This document shows positions 9,543-17,170 of a stretch of 64,000 nucleotides of DNA, in pieces; position 1 is the stretch's first letter; each line of letters opens with the position of its first letter. The DNA comes from a virus. Its lineage: Duplodnaviria; Caudoviricetes. The notes beneath the pieces were generated by a model, which was given only the letters and a program-made list of their open reading frames with translations, was not told the DNA's origin and searched no databases. The position numbers and the translations under genes are program-made. The stretch lies in the IMG/VR virus record IMGVR_UViG_3300049979_000170, positions 11,027 through 75,026 of that record. One strand, given 5' to 3'.

Positions 9543-9843
9543 AGTCCTCGCGCCGGATGTGCTTGCGAGCGTTGTTGTAACGCTCGCAATCCTCCCCGGT
9601 CATCGCCCGTGATCCAGTCCGGGCGTAGACCTCGTCCTCGATCGTCCGCTGAGCCGCGTATACGGCTGCGCCCCAGCGGCTGTCGATCTCCTTATCCCGC
9701 TTCCACTGGCGGTTCTCCCGGAGCGTCCTTGGGAGCCGAATCGTGTAGGCATATCCAAGCACCAGAAACGTGTACGTGTAGATGTACGCTCCGGCCCAGA
9801 ATCCCCGCGCGTGCAGGTTCGGCGTGAAGTCTTCGAGCTTCAT
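9517..9843 (-). CDS. hypothetical membrane protein
   Basis: Hydrophobic segment FWAGAYIYTYTFLVLGYAY. Confidence 0.55.
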   Translation of the reverse strand: MKLEDFTPNLHARGFWAGAYIYTYTFLVLGYAYTIRLPRTLRENRQWKRDKEIDSRWGAAVYAAQRTIEDEVYARTGSRAMTGEDCERYNNARKHIRREDFIDPPRPF

Positions 9844-10058
9844 CGGAAACACGCTACCAGTTGGGTGAGCCCGCCGATCAGGCCCACGGCGAAGAACAGG
9901 GTCGCCAGAATGACCCCGTCATGAACCCGCATGATCCGATTGTGCATATGGTCGTGCGCCGACGACCAGACGCGCAACTCCCTGCCACGCCGATAATGCC
10001 ATAGATTCCATAGAAATGACCGCCTGGGATCGACCATTCCACGTTCAAGTACACTCAT
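9840..10058 (-). CDS. hypothetical membrane protein
   Basis: C-terminal TM segment VILATLFFAVGLIGGL. Confidence 0.55.
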   Translation of the reverse strand: MSVLERGMVDPRRSFLWNLWHYRRGRELRVWSSAHDHMHNRIMRVHDGVILATLFFAVGLIGGLTQLVACFR

Positions 10059-10720
10059 CACAGCATCCCGTATTTCTTCAATTCGACATCGATCTCGCGA
10101 ATGCGAGCATGTAGTTCATTATTGTCGTCGTACCGCACCAGCCTATCGGGATAGTCTGGTACCTGCTGAGACGAATACTTCGTCTCGACCCGATCGCGGT
10201 ATCGGTCCGGAGACGAGACACGCCCGAACCGCGTGGTCACCGAACTCCCGTAACCGACAAGCTCCATCGATCGCTCCTGCCAGCAGCCGGTCACGACGCT
10301 CTTAGTGCGACGACCCTCCCTGGCATCGTCCCACTGCCGATGATACTCGGCCTCGCGTACGGCGAACCGCGCGTCGTTTTGGGCGATCTTGGCCAGAAGC
10401 ACGGTCTTCTCGTTGAGCAGCTTGAACGCGCCAGGACCGCGCATGTCGAGGACCCGGCGCTCGAACGCGTCATACGCCTTCAGAATCTCATCCCGATTTC
10501 GCTCTGTCCACAGCCGGACATGCTTGCGTGTTTCGTTAAGGTTTAACCCGTACCCGCCATCACGGAATCGAATGCCCTTCCACTTCTCATGATGCCCGTC
10601 GAAATCGAAGTGGACGCGGAATCGATCGTACCTATTCTGGTAGTGATTGAACAGCTTGATCTGGACACCCCGAAAAGGACTTGCGCGATTGTCCTTCCAA
10701 TTCATCACGAGATTGGCCAT
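10058..10720 (-). CDS. hypothetical protein
   Basis: 220-aa ORF, TGATG-coupled. Confidence 0.6.
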   Translation of the reverse strand: MANLVMNWKDNRASPFRGVQIKLFNHYQNRYDRFRVHFDFDGHHEKWKGIRFRDGGYGLNLNETRKHVRLWTERNRDEILKAYDAFERRVLDMRGPGAFKLLNEKTVLLAKIAQNDARFAVREAEYHRQWDDAREGRRTKSVVTGCWQERSMELVGYGSSVTTRFGRVSSPDRYRDRVETKYSSQQVPDYPDRLVRYDDNNELHARIREIDVELKKYGML

Positions 10721-10729
10721 CACGCCCCC

Positions 10730-11107
10730 TCAGGAAAACTTCATCCGGAACATAAACGCGGTTGCCGGATCAGTAAACGTGTACGTGTATATATCTCCGA
10801 TTTTCGTCGGCTCTTCGACCATCCCACCCTCAGGCGGAAACGTGACGAACGCAAAGTCCGGAAGAACCTCCATCAGAGGCTCCTCCCGGATGTGGACGAA
10901 CCCCTGGGCCTCCGACGACGAGACCCATTCATGCGCGGCCATAGCCACCATATGGGCGTCGATCCCATAGAGTAAGACAGAAGGGAGATGAACATTCAAG
11001 AAGTACAACGGCACCTTCAGAACCACCTGGGGGTGCTTGCGCCGGATGAACCCGCCGCCGAAACGCTCACGGTCCTCCCACTCTTCGTCGTTCAACAGGA
11101 TCGCCAT
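10730..11107 (-). CDS. RW-motif family protein
   Basis: Ends YTFTDPATAFMFRMKFS. Confidence 0.7.
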   Translation of the reverse strand: MAILLNDEEWEDRERFGGGFIRRKHPQVVLKVPLYFLNVHLPSVLLYGIDAHMVAMAAHEWVSSSEAQGFVHIREEPLMEVLPDFAFVTFPPEGGMVEEPTKIGDIYTYTFTDPATAFMFRMKFS

Positions 11108-11352
11108 CAGCACCACCGGAGGCGGAATTCAAACGCATCGCACTCGTGCTTGAAACAAAATACGAAATCGGTCCGATTAATCATGTGAGAAAGCAAATCG
11201 ACGAAGTGCCGGTCTTCGCACCACTTGCGAACTTCCGCCAGAAACGCATTGGAAGTCACGACCGTAGCGGGGCTGTCATTCTGCGGCCACGGAATCCAAC
11301 CGAATATGTGCGGATACGTGCGGTCCGGAAACGAATGGTAGCTCATGCTCAT
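11107..11352 (-). CDS. RW-motif family small protein
   Basis: WCEDRHF; ends FCFKHECDAFEFRLRWC. Confidence 0.75.
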   Translation of the reverse strand: MSMSYHSFPDRTYPHIFGWIPWPQNDSPATVVTSNAFLAEVRKWCEDRHFVDLLSHMINRTDFVFCFKHECDAFEFRLRWC

Positions 11353-11361
11353 GATTCGATC

Positions 11362-11577
11362 TTACCCGAATCTCAAGACGAACGCGAACGCCTCTTCGTA
11401 ATTTTTGAAGAAGGCGCAGTACTCAGACATCCTTGGAGTCAACTCGAAAGAATCGCATGTGCCGGACGAGCCTTGCTGCTCGAACCACTCATTGGCCTCG
11501 TGGAACCGTGTGAACTGAAGAGGGACACGATAGAGGTACGTCTGCCCAAGAGAGATGAAGCTGCATTCGATAATCAT
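11362..11577 (-). CDS. RW-motif family small protein (YEDAF subfamily)
   Basis: Ends FFKNYEEAFAFVLRFG. Confidence 0.75.
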   Translation of the reverse strand: MIIECSFISLGQTYLYRVPLQFTRFHEANEWFEQQGSSGTCDSFELTPRMSEYCAFFKNYEEAFAFVLRFG

Positions 11578-11586
11578 CTCGCGATC

Positions 11587-11862
11587 CTAACCGAATCGCA
11601 TCTGGAAGGCGAACGCGTCCTCATAGGAGGTGAAGCCAAACGAGCACTCCTGCTGCTCGAACAGGTTTTCCTCCACAAACAACTTGTAAATGGCGATCGG
11701 GAAAACGCCCGGCGTATGCTGGGCCAGCCATACCTCAGCGTCAGCGATCCTCTCCAGCATGCGCGTATCATCCTGATCACCCGAACTGTCCCGCAGAATC
11801 GGAAGTTCGACGCTATGCGTCAGGTGGACCCCGTAACGGGATAGGGAGATCGGCTTGATCAT
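11587..11862 (-). CDS. RW-motif family small protein (YEDAF subfamily)
   Basis: Ends FGFTSYEDAFAFQMRFG. Confidence 0.75.
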   Translation of the reverse strand: MIKPISLSRYGVHLTHSVELPILRDSSGDQDDTRMLERIADAEVWLAQHTPGVFPIAIYKLFVEENLFEQQECSFGFTSYEDAFAFQMRFG

Positions 11863-12063
11863 GCAAATTTCATCACGTACGAGAAGGCGTCCTCATACCG
11901 GACGAAATACATGTGTGTAATGATCCGTGGATACTTCAATTTCACAAACCGCCGCAATGCCCTGTTGAGAAACCCACCCCCTCGAAGGCTCAAGCTGGCC
12001 GTATACGGGAACGCGGAAGCTGTAGACACGGCCTCTGAGCGGTAAAGAAACGGTTTCGATCAT
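11859..12063 (-). pseudogene. Frameshifted RW-motif family gene (YEDAF subfamily)
   Basis: The ATG at 12063 frame (MIETVSL...RVPV...WVSQQG...) stops at 11893. The family C-terminus YFVRYEDAFSYVMKFA lies in the +1 frame, ending at 11859. Total span 205 nt = 3n+1. Confidence 0.65.
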
Positions 12064-12353
12064 CCGAATCTCATCAGAAACGCGAACGCATCCTCATAGC
12101 AGGTGAAGCCGATCCAGTACTCCTGCGCGGTCGCCCAGCTTTCAATCGCCGGGTTGAAGTCGAGGTTGATCACGATCGGATAGGCCGTGCCCATGCCGAC
12201 CTTGCGCTTCGACACCCCAGGGGTGTTCTTCTTGATCCACGCCCAAGCCTCGTCGATGAGGTCCCAAGTCTGCTCACCGTCGTCGAGATCGGGAAGGAGG
12301 ACCCGATGGGTGAAGAGGACGCCGTCGTGGGTCTCGTTGATGGGTACGATCAT
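12060..12353 (-). CDS. RW-motif family small protein (YEDAF subfamily)
   Basis: Ends IGFTCYEDAFAFLMRFG. Confidence 0.75.
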   Translation of the reverse strand: MIVPINETHDGVLFTHRVLLPDLDDGEQTWDLIDEAWAWIKKNTPGVSKRKVGMGTAYPIVINLDFNPAIESWATAQEYWIGFTCYEDAFAFLMRFG

Positions 12354-12411
12354 GGAGAGCGCCGAAATCGGTCCTAAATGCGATGAATGGCGACTCCATG
12401 ATAAATAAAGG

Positions 12412-12957
12412 ATGTGGTCATGTAAACATTGCAAACAAGAATTCGACTATTCATCGACAAGCCAGAAGGCCAACCATTCTCGGTGGTGCATTGCCAAGCC
12501 GGGTAGCCGCGACACTACGGTGTTGAAGGCGGCACAAATGCGCGTTCAAAACGAGAAGCTTGGACTGATGACCAAGTTTATCGTTAAGTGCGATCGATGT
12601 GAATCAGATGTAGAAGTTACTGAGAGAAAAAACCTTCATCCCGTAAAAGAAAAATACTTCTGTGGTAGGAAATGCAGCAATTTTCGCGGCAGCGGTCTCG
12701 AATGGCACAAAGGGAAGCGTGAACTTACCAGATATACAACCATATGCTTTGCGCATCATGAAAAGAAATGCGTTGTATGTGGCGAGAACAAAATCGTGGC
12801 TGTTCACCACCTTGACGAGAATCATAAGAACAACGATCCATCGAATCTCGTTCCAATGTGTCCGACTCATCATCAATACTGGCACAGTCCACATAGAGCG
12901 GACGTAGAACAGTCTGTGCAGGAATATATCGGTAATTGGATCAATAAAAACAACTAA
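12412..12957 (+). CDS. Zinc-finger HNH endonuclease (free-standing homing endonuclease-like)
   Basis: CKHC..., CDRC...FCGRKC and CVVCG...VHHLDENHKNNDPSNLVPMCPTHH HNH core; TAAATA at 12402-12407; AT-rich. Confidence 0.8.
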   Translation: MWSCKHCKQEFDYSSTSQKANHSRWCIAKPGSRDTTVLKAAQMRVQNEKLGLMTKFIVKCDRCESDVEVTERKNLHPVKEKYFCGRKCSNFRGSGLEWHKGKRELTRYTTICFAHHEKKCVVCGENKIVAVHHLDENHKNNDPSNLVPMCPTHHQYWHSPHRADVEQSVQEYIGNWINKNN

Positions 12958-12966
12958 TACAACCTG

Positions 12967-13042
12967 TGGTGGAGTACTAGGGAATCGAACCCTACGAAAA
13001 CTGCTTGCAAAACAGCCGGTGTCCCCAGCTACCTCGTACCCC
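12967..13042 (-). tRNA. trnA: tRNA-Ala(TGC)
   Basis: Acceptor GGGGTAC/GTACTCC with the G3:U70 Ala identity pair, discriminator A, anticodon loop TT-TGC-AA, encoded CCA; wobble-rich anticodon stem. Confidence 0.8.
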
Positions 13043-13055
13043 AAGCCACAGTTGT

Positions 13056-13220
13056 AAAAACTCTCCCTTAGCAGGGGAGAGGCCGTCTTAGTACAACATC
13101 TAAGTCCGGATGCAACCCCGGAATCCCTTCGCGTGGATCGCTCCACGTTACTTTGCCTAACCATCGCGATGGGCAGGCGCGTGAGGAAGCCGTTCTCACC
13201 TCAGTAGACGTTGGTAGTCT
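13056..13220 (-). ncRNA. Candidate multi-hairpin structured RNA between tRNA-Met and tRNA-Ala
   Basis: About seven consecutive hairpins (including CGTGGA-GCGA-TCCACG with a GNRA loop), ending in CTCTCCC/GGGAGAG plus TTTTT; no credible ORF. Confidence 0.45.
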
Positions 13221-13226
13221 CGTTGT

Positions 13227-13303
13227 TGGTTGCGGAGCTTGGATTTGAACCAAGGACCTCTAGGTTATGAGCCTAGCAAGCTACCAGACTGCTCCACCCC
13301 GCA
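13227..13303 (-). tRNA. trnM: tRNA-Met(CAT), initiator-like
   Basis: Closely resembles bacterial tRNA-fMet (GGGGTGGAGCAGTCTGGTAGC..CTCATAA..GGTTCAAATCC); encoded CCA. Confidence 0.9.
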
Positions 13304-13326
13304 ACAGCCAACAACGTTGAGATATT

Positions 13327-13401
13327 TGGAGCGGGCGATCGGGATCGAACCGACGACAGCCACATTGGCAATGTGGTACTCTACCGCTGAGTTACACCCG
13401 C
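13327..13401 (-). tRNA. trnG: tRNA-Gly(GCC)
   Basis: GCGGGTG acceptor, anticodon stem CCACA/TGTGG with loop TT-GCC-AA, discriminator U, encoded CCA. Confidence 0.93.
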
Positions 13402-13439
13402 GCACCAAATAACGAATCTATTTAGTAACAGACTCGATT

Positions 13440-13682
13440 ATCGTAGGCGAGCAAGGTCAAAACCTTCGGGAACGGCCGGTTCAAATGGCCTGGGGTCCGT
13501 GTTGGAACCCTTCCGAGGGGGAATCGAACCCCCGTAGCATGACCAGGGCTAGAGCTATGCTCCCTACCGCGATCCTTCCGCTACCCCAAACCTGGGACGC
13601 AGTGATTACATAGTAGCGCCCCTGATGACGCCTCGAATGACTACCACTGCCGGGGCGCCTTGACGCCCAACTCGCCTTCGAT
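13440..13682 (-). ncRNA. Candidate ~245-nt structured ncRNA with a T-loop, upstream of the tRNA operon
   Basis: Own promoter TTGACA-N17-TATATT (13689-13717). The 5' ATCGAAGGCGAG pairs with the 3' CTCGCCTACGAT (11 of 12 bp). Internal GGGGG-TTCGATT-CCCCC T-arm and several hairpins. Confidence 0.55.
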
Positions 13683-13756
13683 TCACCCAATATAGGGATT
13701 CCTAGCGAGGCTGTCAACTAATTCGTCGAACAATTTCTACGAAAATAAATACCCCT

Positions 13757-14290
13757 ATGAGGTACCATGAAATTGTGTCCGAGGGACGCACGATCGAAAT
13801 TGACGGCAAGAGTCCATACGAGAAAGAAAGTAAGATGATGAGGTTCTTTGAGAATCCATCACTATCTCAGATAATTTCCCTGGCTGCTAGGTTTGATCTT
13901 CGTGGCAGCGCTGATGGTGAATCTGTTTTCGTATGGGACGCAAGGCAGATCATTCATCACAATGCGCGTTATCATTTAAGGCACGAATCTCAATTCGGCG
14001 AGGATAATGTGCCTTATGCGTTCAATTTCTACGTCATAAACAAGAATACGAAGTCGGATAGACAGACTCGTGAGGAATGGGCTTCGTCGAAGCGGTGCGA
14101 CTTTTACTTGGTTAATCCTCTAACGGTCATCAGCGTGATGAAAAATTGGGGTCCAAAACTTGAGTTGATTCCAAGTTTCTCCCGGCTCGTTCAGGGCGCG
14201 TCGATGATTCCTACGATTCGGTCCAAACCCTCGGCTCCGGATCAGTCGTCTTCTTCGTCCTCGCCTGTTCCTGGGTCGATCACCGCGTAA
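13757..14290 (+). CDS. late hypothetical protein, candidate internal protein
   Basis: TAAATA at 13746-13751; N-terminus MRYHEIVSE. Confidence 0.6.
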   Translation: MRYHEIVSEGRTIEIDGKSPYEKESKMMRFFENPSLSQIISLAARFDLRGSADGESVFVWDARQIIHHNARYHLRHESQFGEDNVPYAFNFYVINKNTKSDRQTREEWASSKRCDFYLVNPLTVISVMKNWGPKLELIPSFSRLVQGASMIPTIRSKPSAPDQSSSSSSPVPGSITA

Positions 14291-14865
14291 TCGCTGATTC
14301 GGACCTGGGTGAATCCCGCCTTCACGAGAGCGCGTTCTGACGCGTTTACGCACCCGAAGTTCTCACCGGGGCAGTGCCACGCGCCCGTGACGACGATCGG
14401 GTTGTCTGGCTGAAGCTTCATCGCCTTGACTGCTTTGGCTACTTTCGGGGGCCAGTTTGGTGTGAGGTTATCACAGGCGAAGATTCGCCCTGCGATGAGC
14501 CCGGCATTCTTCGCACGGTGCAGGGCTCCTTCGAGTGCCCGACTGTAGGTCATGTACATGGGGATTTCGTCGCTCAGTTCCCCATCGACCACGAGGATAT
14601 GACCGGTCCAGTGGTTGAGTTCGATGATCAATCCGTCGCGTGATGCACGGGCATCGTATCGCCCAAGAAGGTTGTCGGCTGAGCCGCAGGCTGACCCCGG
14701 ATGGGTGAGCACCAACAGGGGCACCACGGGCTGTTCCGGAACAGGCTTTGCCTTCGCCGCCTTGGCGGGCTTCATAGGCGCTGGTGGGGCTGCTGGGGCG
14801 TGCGGGGCGGTGGTGGGTTCGTTCTGCGCGGCTTCGAGCAGATTGATGATCGAGCGAATATCCAT
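14242..14865 (-). CDS. late protein, possibly isochorismatase/cysteine-hydrolase-like fold
   Basis: TAAATA at 14871-14876; MDIRSIINLLE; Pro/Ala linker; LLVLTHPGS...IVVTGAW...GCV pattern. Confidence 0.55.
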   Translation of the reverse strand: MDIRSIINLLEAAQNEPTTAPHAPAAPPAPMKPAKAAKAKPVPEQPVVPLLVLTHPGSACGSADNLLGRYDARASRDGLIIELNHWTGHILVVDGELSDEIPMYMTYSRALEGALHRAKNAGLIAGRIFACDNLTPNWPPKVAKAVKAMKLQPDNPIVVTGAWHCPGENFGCVNASERALVKAGFTQVRISDYAVIDPGTGEDEEDD

Positions 14866-14970
14866 ACTCGTATTTAGAAAAAAATATTGACCGCCGATTC
14901 GCCCGATTCGTACAACGCAGGCATTCCACGGCACCCAATTTTTCCATGCATATTTTTAGGCATTTTTCTC

Positions 14971-15585
14971 ATGGCCCGTCATCATTACCAGAAGTGCAAT
15001 CCGGAATCTGATTTTGGCTACCGCGACCTCATCTACAAGGTGATGGTCGAGGTTGGTACGCCGATGTTTTCCAACGACGTGTGGGCGTACGCGGTCGAGA
15101 AGGGTTACGACAAGCTTCTCTATCGGAACGGTGAGACCTTGGCGAAGACCCCGCATGCGACCGTGTATGCGCGGATGTCTGAGGAGGCCAAGCGCGGCGG
15201 CTTCCTGAAGCGGACCGAGGTGACTGGTCGAGCCTACCTGTACGAGCTTGTGCCGGGCAAGACGCCCAAGAAAGGGCGCAAGCTCGATTACAAGTCGAAG
15301 AACGTCTACGTGTATGCGTTGTACGAGGCGGAGACGGAGATTCCGTTCTACGTCGGCATGGGTGTTGGTCAGCGCAAGGACGTTCATCTGGTTGGTGAGT
15401 CGCACAGCCCGGTGGTGAACAAGGTGGTCTCGCACCTTCGTTCCCAGGGTCGGACTCCGGTGGCGAAGATTCTGGAGCAGCGTTTGGACCGCCACACTGC
15501 TCGGAAGTTTGAGGCCGCTTATATCAAGGAATGGGGGCGTCGCAGTTACGATCTAACTGGCGTTCTGTTTAACCAAAAAGCTTGA
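14971..15585 (+). CDS. HARE-HTH-like plus GIY-YIG (LEM-3-like) nuclease
   Basis: N-terminal YRDLIYKVM...KTPHATVYARM winged-helix pattern; C-terminal YVYALY...PFYVGMG...R...H...E GIY-YIG pattern. Confidence 0.65.
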   Translation: MARHHYQKCNPESDFGYRDLIYKVMVEVGTPMFSNDVWAYAVEKGYDKLLYRNGETLAKTPHATVYARMSEEAKRGGFLKRTEVTGRAYLYELVPGKTPKKGRKLDYKSKNVYVYALYEAETEIPFYVGMGVGQRKDVHLVGESHSPVVNKVVSHLRSQGRTPVAKILEQRLDRHTARKFEAAYIKEWGRRSYDLTGVLFNQKA

Positions 15586-15627
15586 TATGCATTGACCTGA
15601 CGAATCCGCAGCCATATCCCACGGGGT

Positions 15628-15927
15628 ATGGCCGCGTTCGTTCGAACTCCTGCGTTGCAGTTCCCCATCGACCCCTCTTGGGTCGCGGTGATTCTTCGCC
15701 TGAGCAACATGCAGTTGTTCGAGGGTCGCCACGAGGACATCGTGGCGTGGATCGAGACGGACGAGGTTCCTGGGACGGTATTTTTCTATCACCGGGAGTG
15801 GACTGAGCCTTCGCAAAAGCCGCTCCCCAAGTTCTTCGACCCCAACATGCCCCATAAGGGTCGGGACCACGTTTACGTGTTCGACAATCCGGACGCGGCG
15901 TTCGAATTCAAGCTTCGGTGGGCCTGA
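15628..15927 (+). CDS. RW-motif family small protein
   Basis: Ends YVFDNPDAAFEFKLRWA. Confidence 0.75.
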   Translation: MAAFVRTPALQFPIDPSWVAVILRLSNMQLFEGRHEDIVAWIETDEVPGTVFFYHREWTEPSQKPLPKFFDPNMPHKGRDHVYVFDNPDAAFEFKLRWA

Positions 15928-16193
15928 TGAATTGGAGATTCAAGCTCTACCCTTCTGAGAAGTGGAATTTTCTGAAACAGCACAATCCGGGAATGGCTCA
16001 TGCGTTCTGTCCGGATGACAACGAGTTTTGGAAGCACGAGATCGGAGAACGTGAGGACTTGGTGAGTCCCGCCATCGCATGGTGCCACGAGCATTTCGGA
16101 AAGCCGTTCACCGGGGTGTGGGCGCATTCGAGTTCATGGATTATGTTCGGCGATGACAACCGAGCGTTCGAATTCAAGCTTCGGTGGGCTTGA
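15927..16193 (+). CDS. RW-motif family small protein
   Basis: WCHEHFG; ends IMFGDDNRAFEFKLRWA. Confidence 0.75.
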   Translation: MNWRFKLYPSEKWNFLKQHNPGMAHAFCPDDNEFWKHEIGEREDLVSPAIAWCHEHFGKPFTGVWAHSSSWIMFGDDNRAFEFKLRWA

Positions 16194-16450
16194 TGGCTAA
16201 GTGGGTGACTACGGCGGCGACCGCCGACCATCATACCGGGTCCGTTCATGTTCGGATCGAGCGATCGATGTTTTCGAACGACCTATTGGTTGAGATGGTT
16301 TCTTGGTTGGCCAGACACGATCGCCCTGGTAGCTTCTCTTATCGGGACGCCCGGCGAGAACTTAACTTCAACAAAAAGAAAAATCAGGTTGTGAGTTTCC
16401 ACATTACCGATCCGGATGTGGCGATGGAATTCAAGATGCGGTGGTTCTGA
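16193..16450 (+). CDS. RW-motif family small protein
   Basis: Ends FHITDPDVAMEFKMRWF. Confidence 0.75.
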   Translation: MAKWVTTAATADHHTGSVHVRIERSMFSNDLLVEMVSWLARHDRPGSFSYRDARRELNFNKKKNQVVSFHITDPDVAMEFKMRWF

Positions 16451-16680
16451 TGGCACGGCGGATTGTTCCGAGCGACGGCATCGATTTACCTGCGGGGTGC
16501 ACGAACGTTCGTATACCCCGAGGTCCCGGACGGCCGGGTCGTGCGGAGATGGTCAACTGGTTGATGGAGAATGATCGCCCAGGGGTGTTCCGGTACACCC
16601 GTATAAACGGCTTCAGCGCGATCTACTTCTATATCTCAGACCCTGGCGTGGCGTTCGAATTCAAGATGCGGTTTGGCTGA
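16450..16680 (+). CDS. RW-motif family small protein
   Basis: Ends FYISDPGVAFEFKMRFG. Confidence 0.75.
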   Translation: MARRIVPSDGIDLPAGCTNVRIPRGPGRPGRAEMVNWLMENDRPGVFRYTRINGFSAIYFYISDPGVAFEFKMRFG

Positions 16681-16931
16681 TGGCGACACAATGCCAAGTC
16701 CTGCCTGAAGTGCACCGGACGAGCTTCCATTTCCTCCAGGTGGTGGGGCCGCGCTTTTCGTTGTCGAAGGAGCCGATCCGAGAGTGGCTGAGTAATCCAT
16801 CTCGGCCGGGCTTCTGGACGTGGGGTGGATGGTGGCTGGCGAGCGAGGGTAACTTCAGCCCGAACGACTGTATCGAGGTTGCGATCACTGATTCTCAAGT
16901 GGCATTCGAGTTTAAAATCCGATGGGTATAA
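16680..16931 (+). CDS. RW-motif family small protein
   Basis: Ends VAITDSQVAFEFKIRWV. Confidence 0.75.
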   Translation: MATQCQVLPEVHRTSFHFLQVVGPRFSLSKEPIREWLSNPSRPGFWTWGGWWLASEGNFSPNDCIEVAITDSQVAFEFKIRWV

Positions 16932-17170
16932 AAGTCCGCCAGATCAAGGTTGATGAGCCCGAGGTGGCCGGTATGTACCCGTTTGGTTTCTTTTACATGC
17001 ACGAGAATCAACGGTGTGACGAGATTATCAAATGGTGTGAGGATCAGTTCGGGGAGTTTTCCTTCAAACACGCGCGCGGCCGGATGGCCTGTGATATCGG
17101 ACCGATCCTCCGCTACGTGCTGTTTCGCGATCAATTGGACGCGATTGCGTTCAAGCTCCGGTGGATGTGA
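16922..17170 (+). CDS. RW-motif family small protein
   Basis: WCEDQFG; ends VLFRDQLDAIAFKLRWM; start ATG lies inside the upstream Arg-Trp codons (CGATGG). Confidence 0.75.
   Translation: MGIKVRQIKVDEPEVAGMYPFGFFYMHENQRCDEIIKWCEDQFGEFSFKHARGRMACDIGPILRYVLFRDQLDAIAFKLRWM

Noticed and set aside
12967-13042. Reading this tRNA as tRNA-Cys(GCA), which would pair neatly with cysS
   Set aside because: Correct stem registration gives loop TT-TGC-AA, and the G3:U70 pair with discriminator A73 indicates Ala. tRNA-Cys would need U73.
13056-13075. The 3' end GCUAAGGGAGAG matches the J4/2-P2 end of the HDV antigenomic ribozyme (theta-ribozyme idea)
   Set aside because: I could not assemble the P1, P3 and P1.1 pseudoknot, and the segment pairs locally as a simple terminator hairpin.
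13440-13682. tmRNA, RNase P RNA, SRP RNA or hammerhead identity for the structured RNA
   Set aside because: There is no GGGG-C/ACCA acceptor, no GAGGAAAGUCC core and no SRP loop. The plus-strand CTGATGA lacks the downstream GAAA.
15898-16680. Near-identical 3' motifs as a CRISPR array or integron attC sites
   Set aside because: The repeats are in-frame coding ends with synonymous third-position variation, the spacers are whole ORFs of variable length, and there is no cas gene, integrase or attC palindrome.
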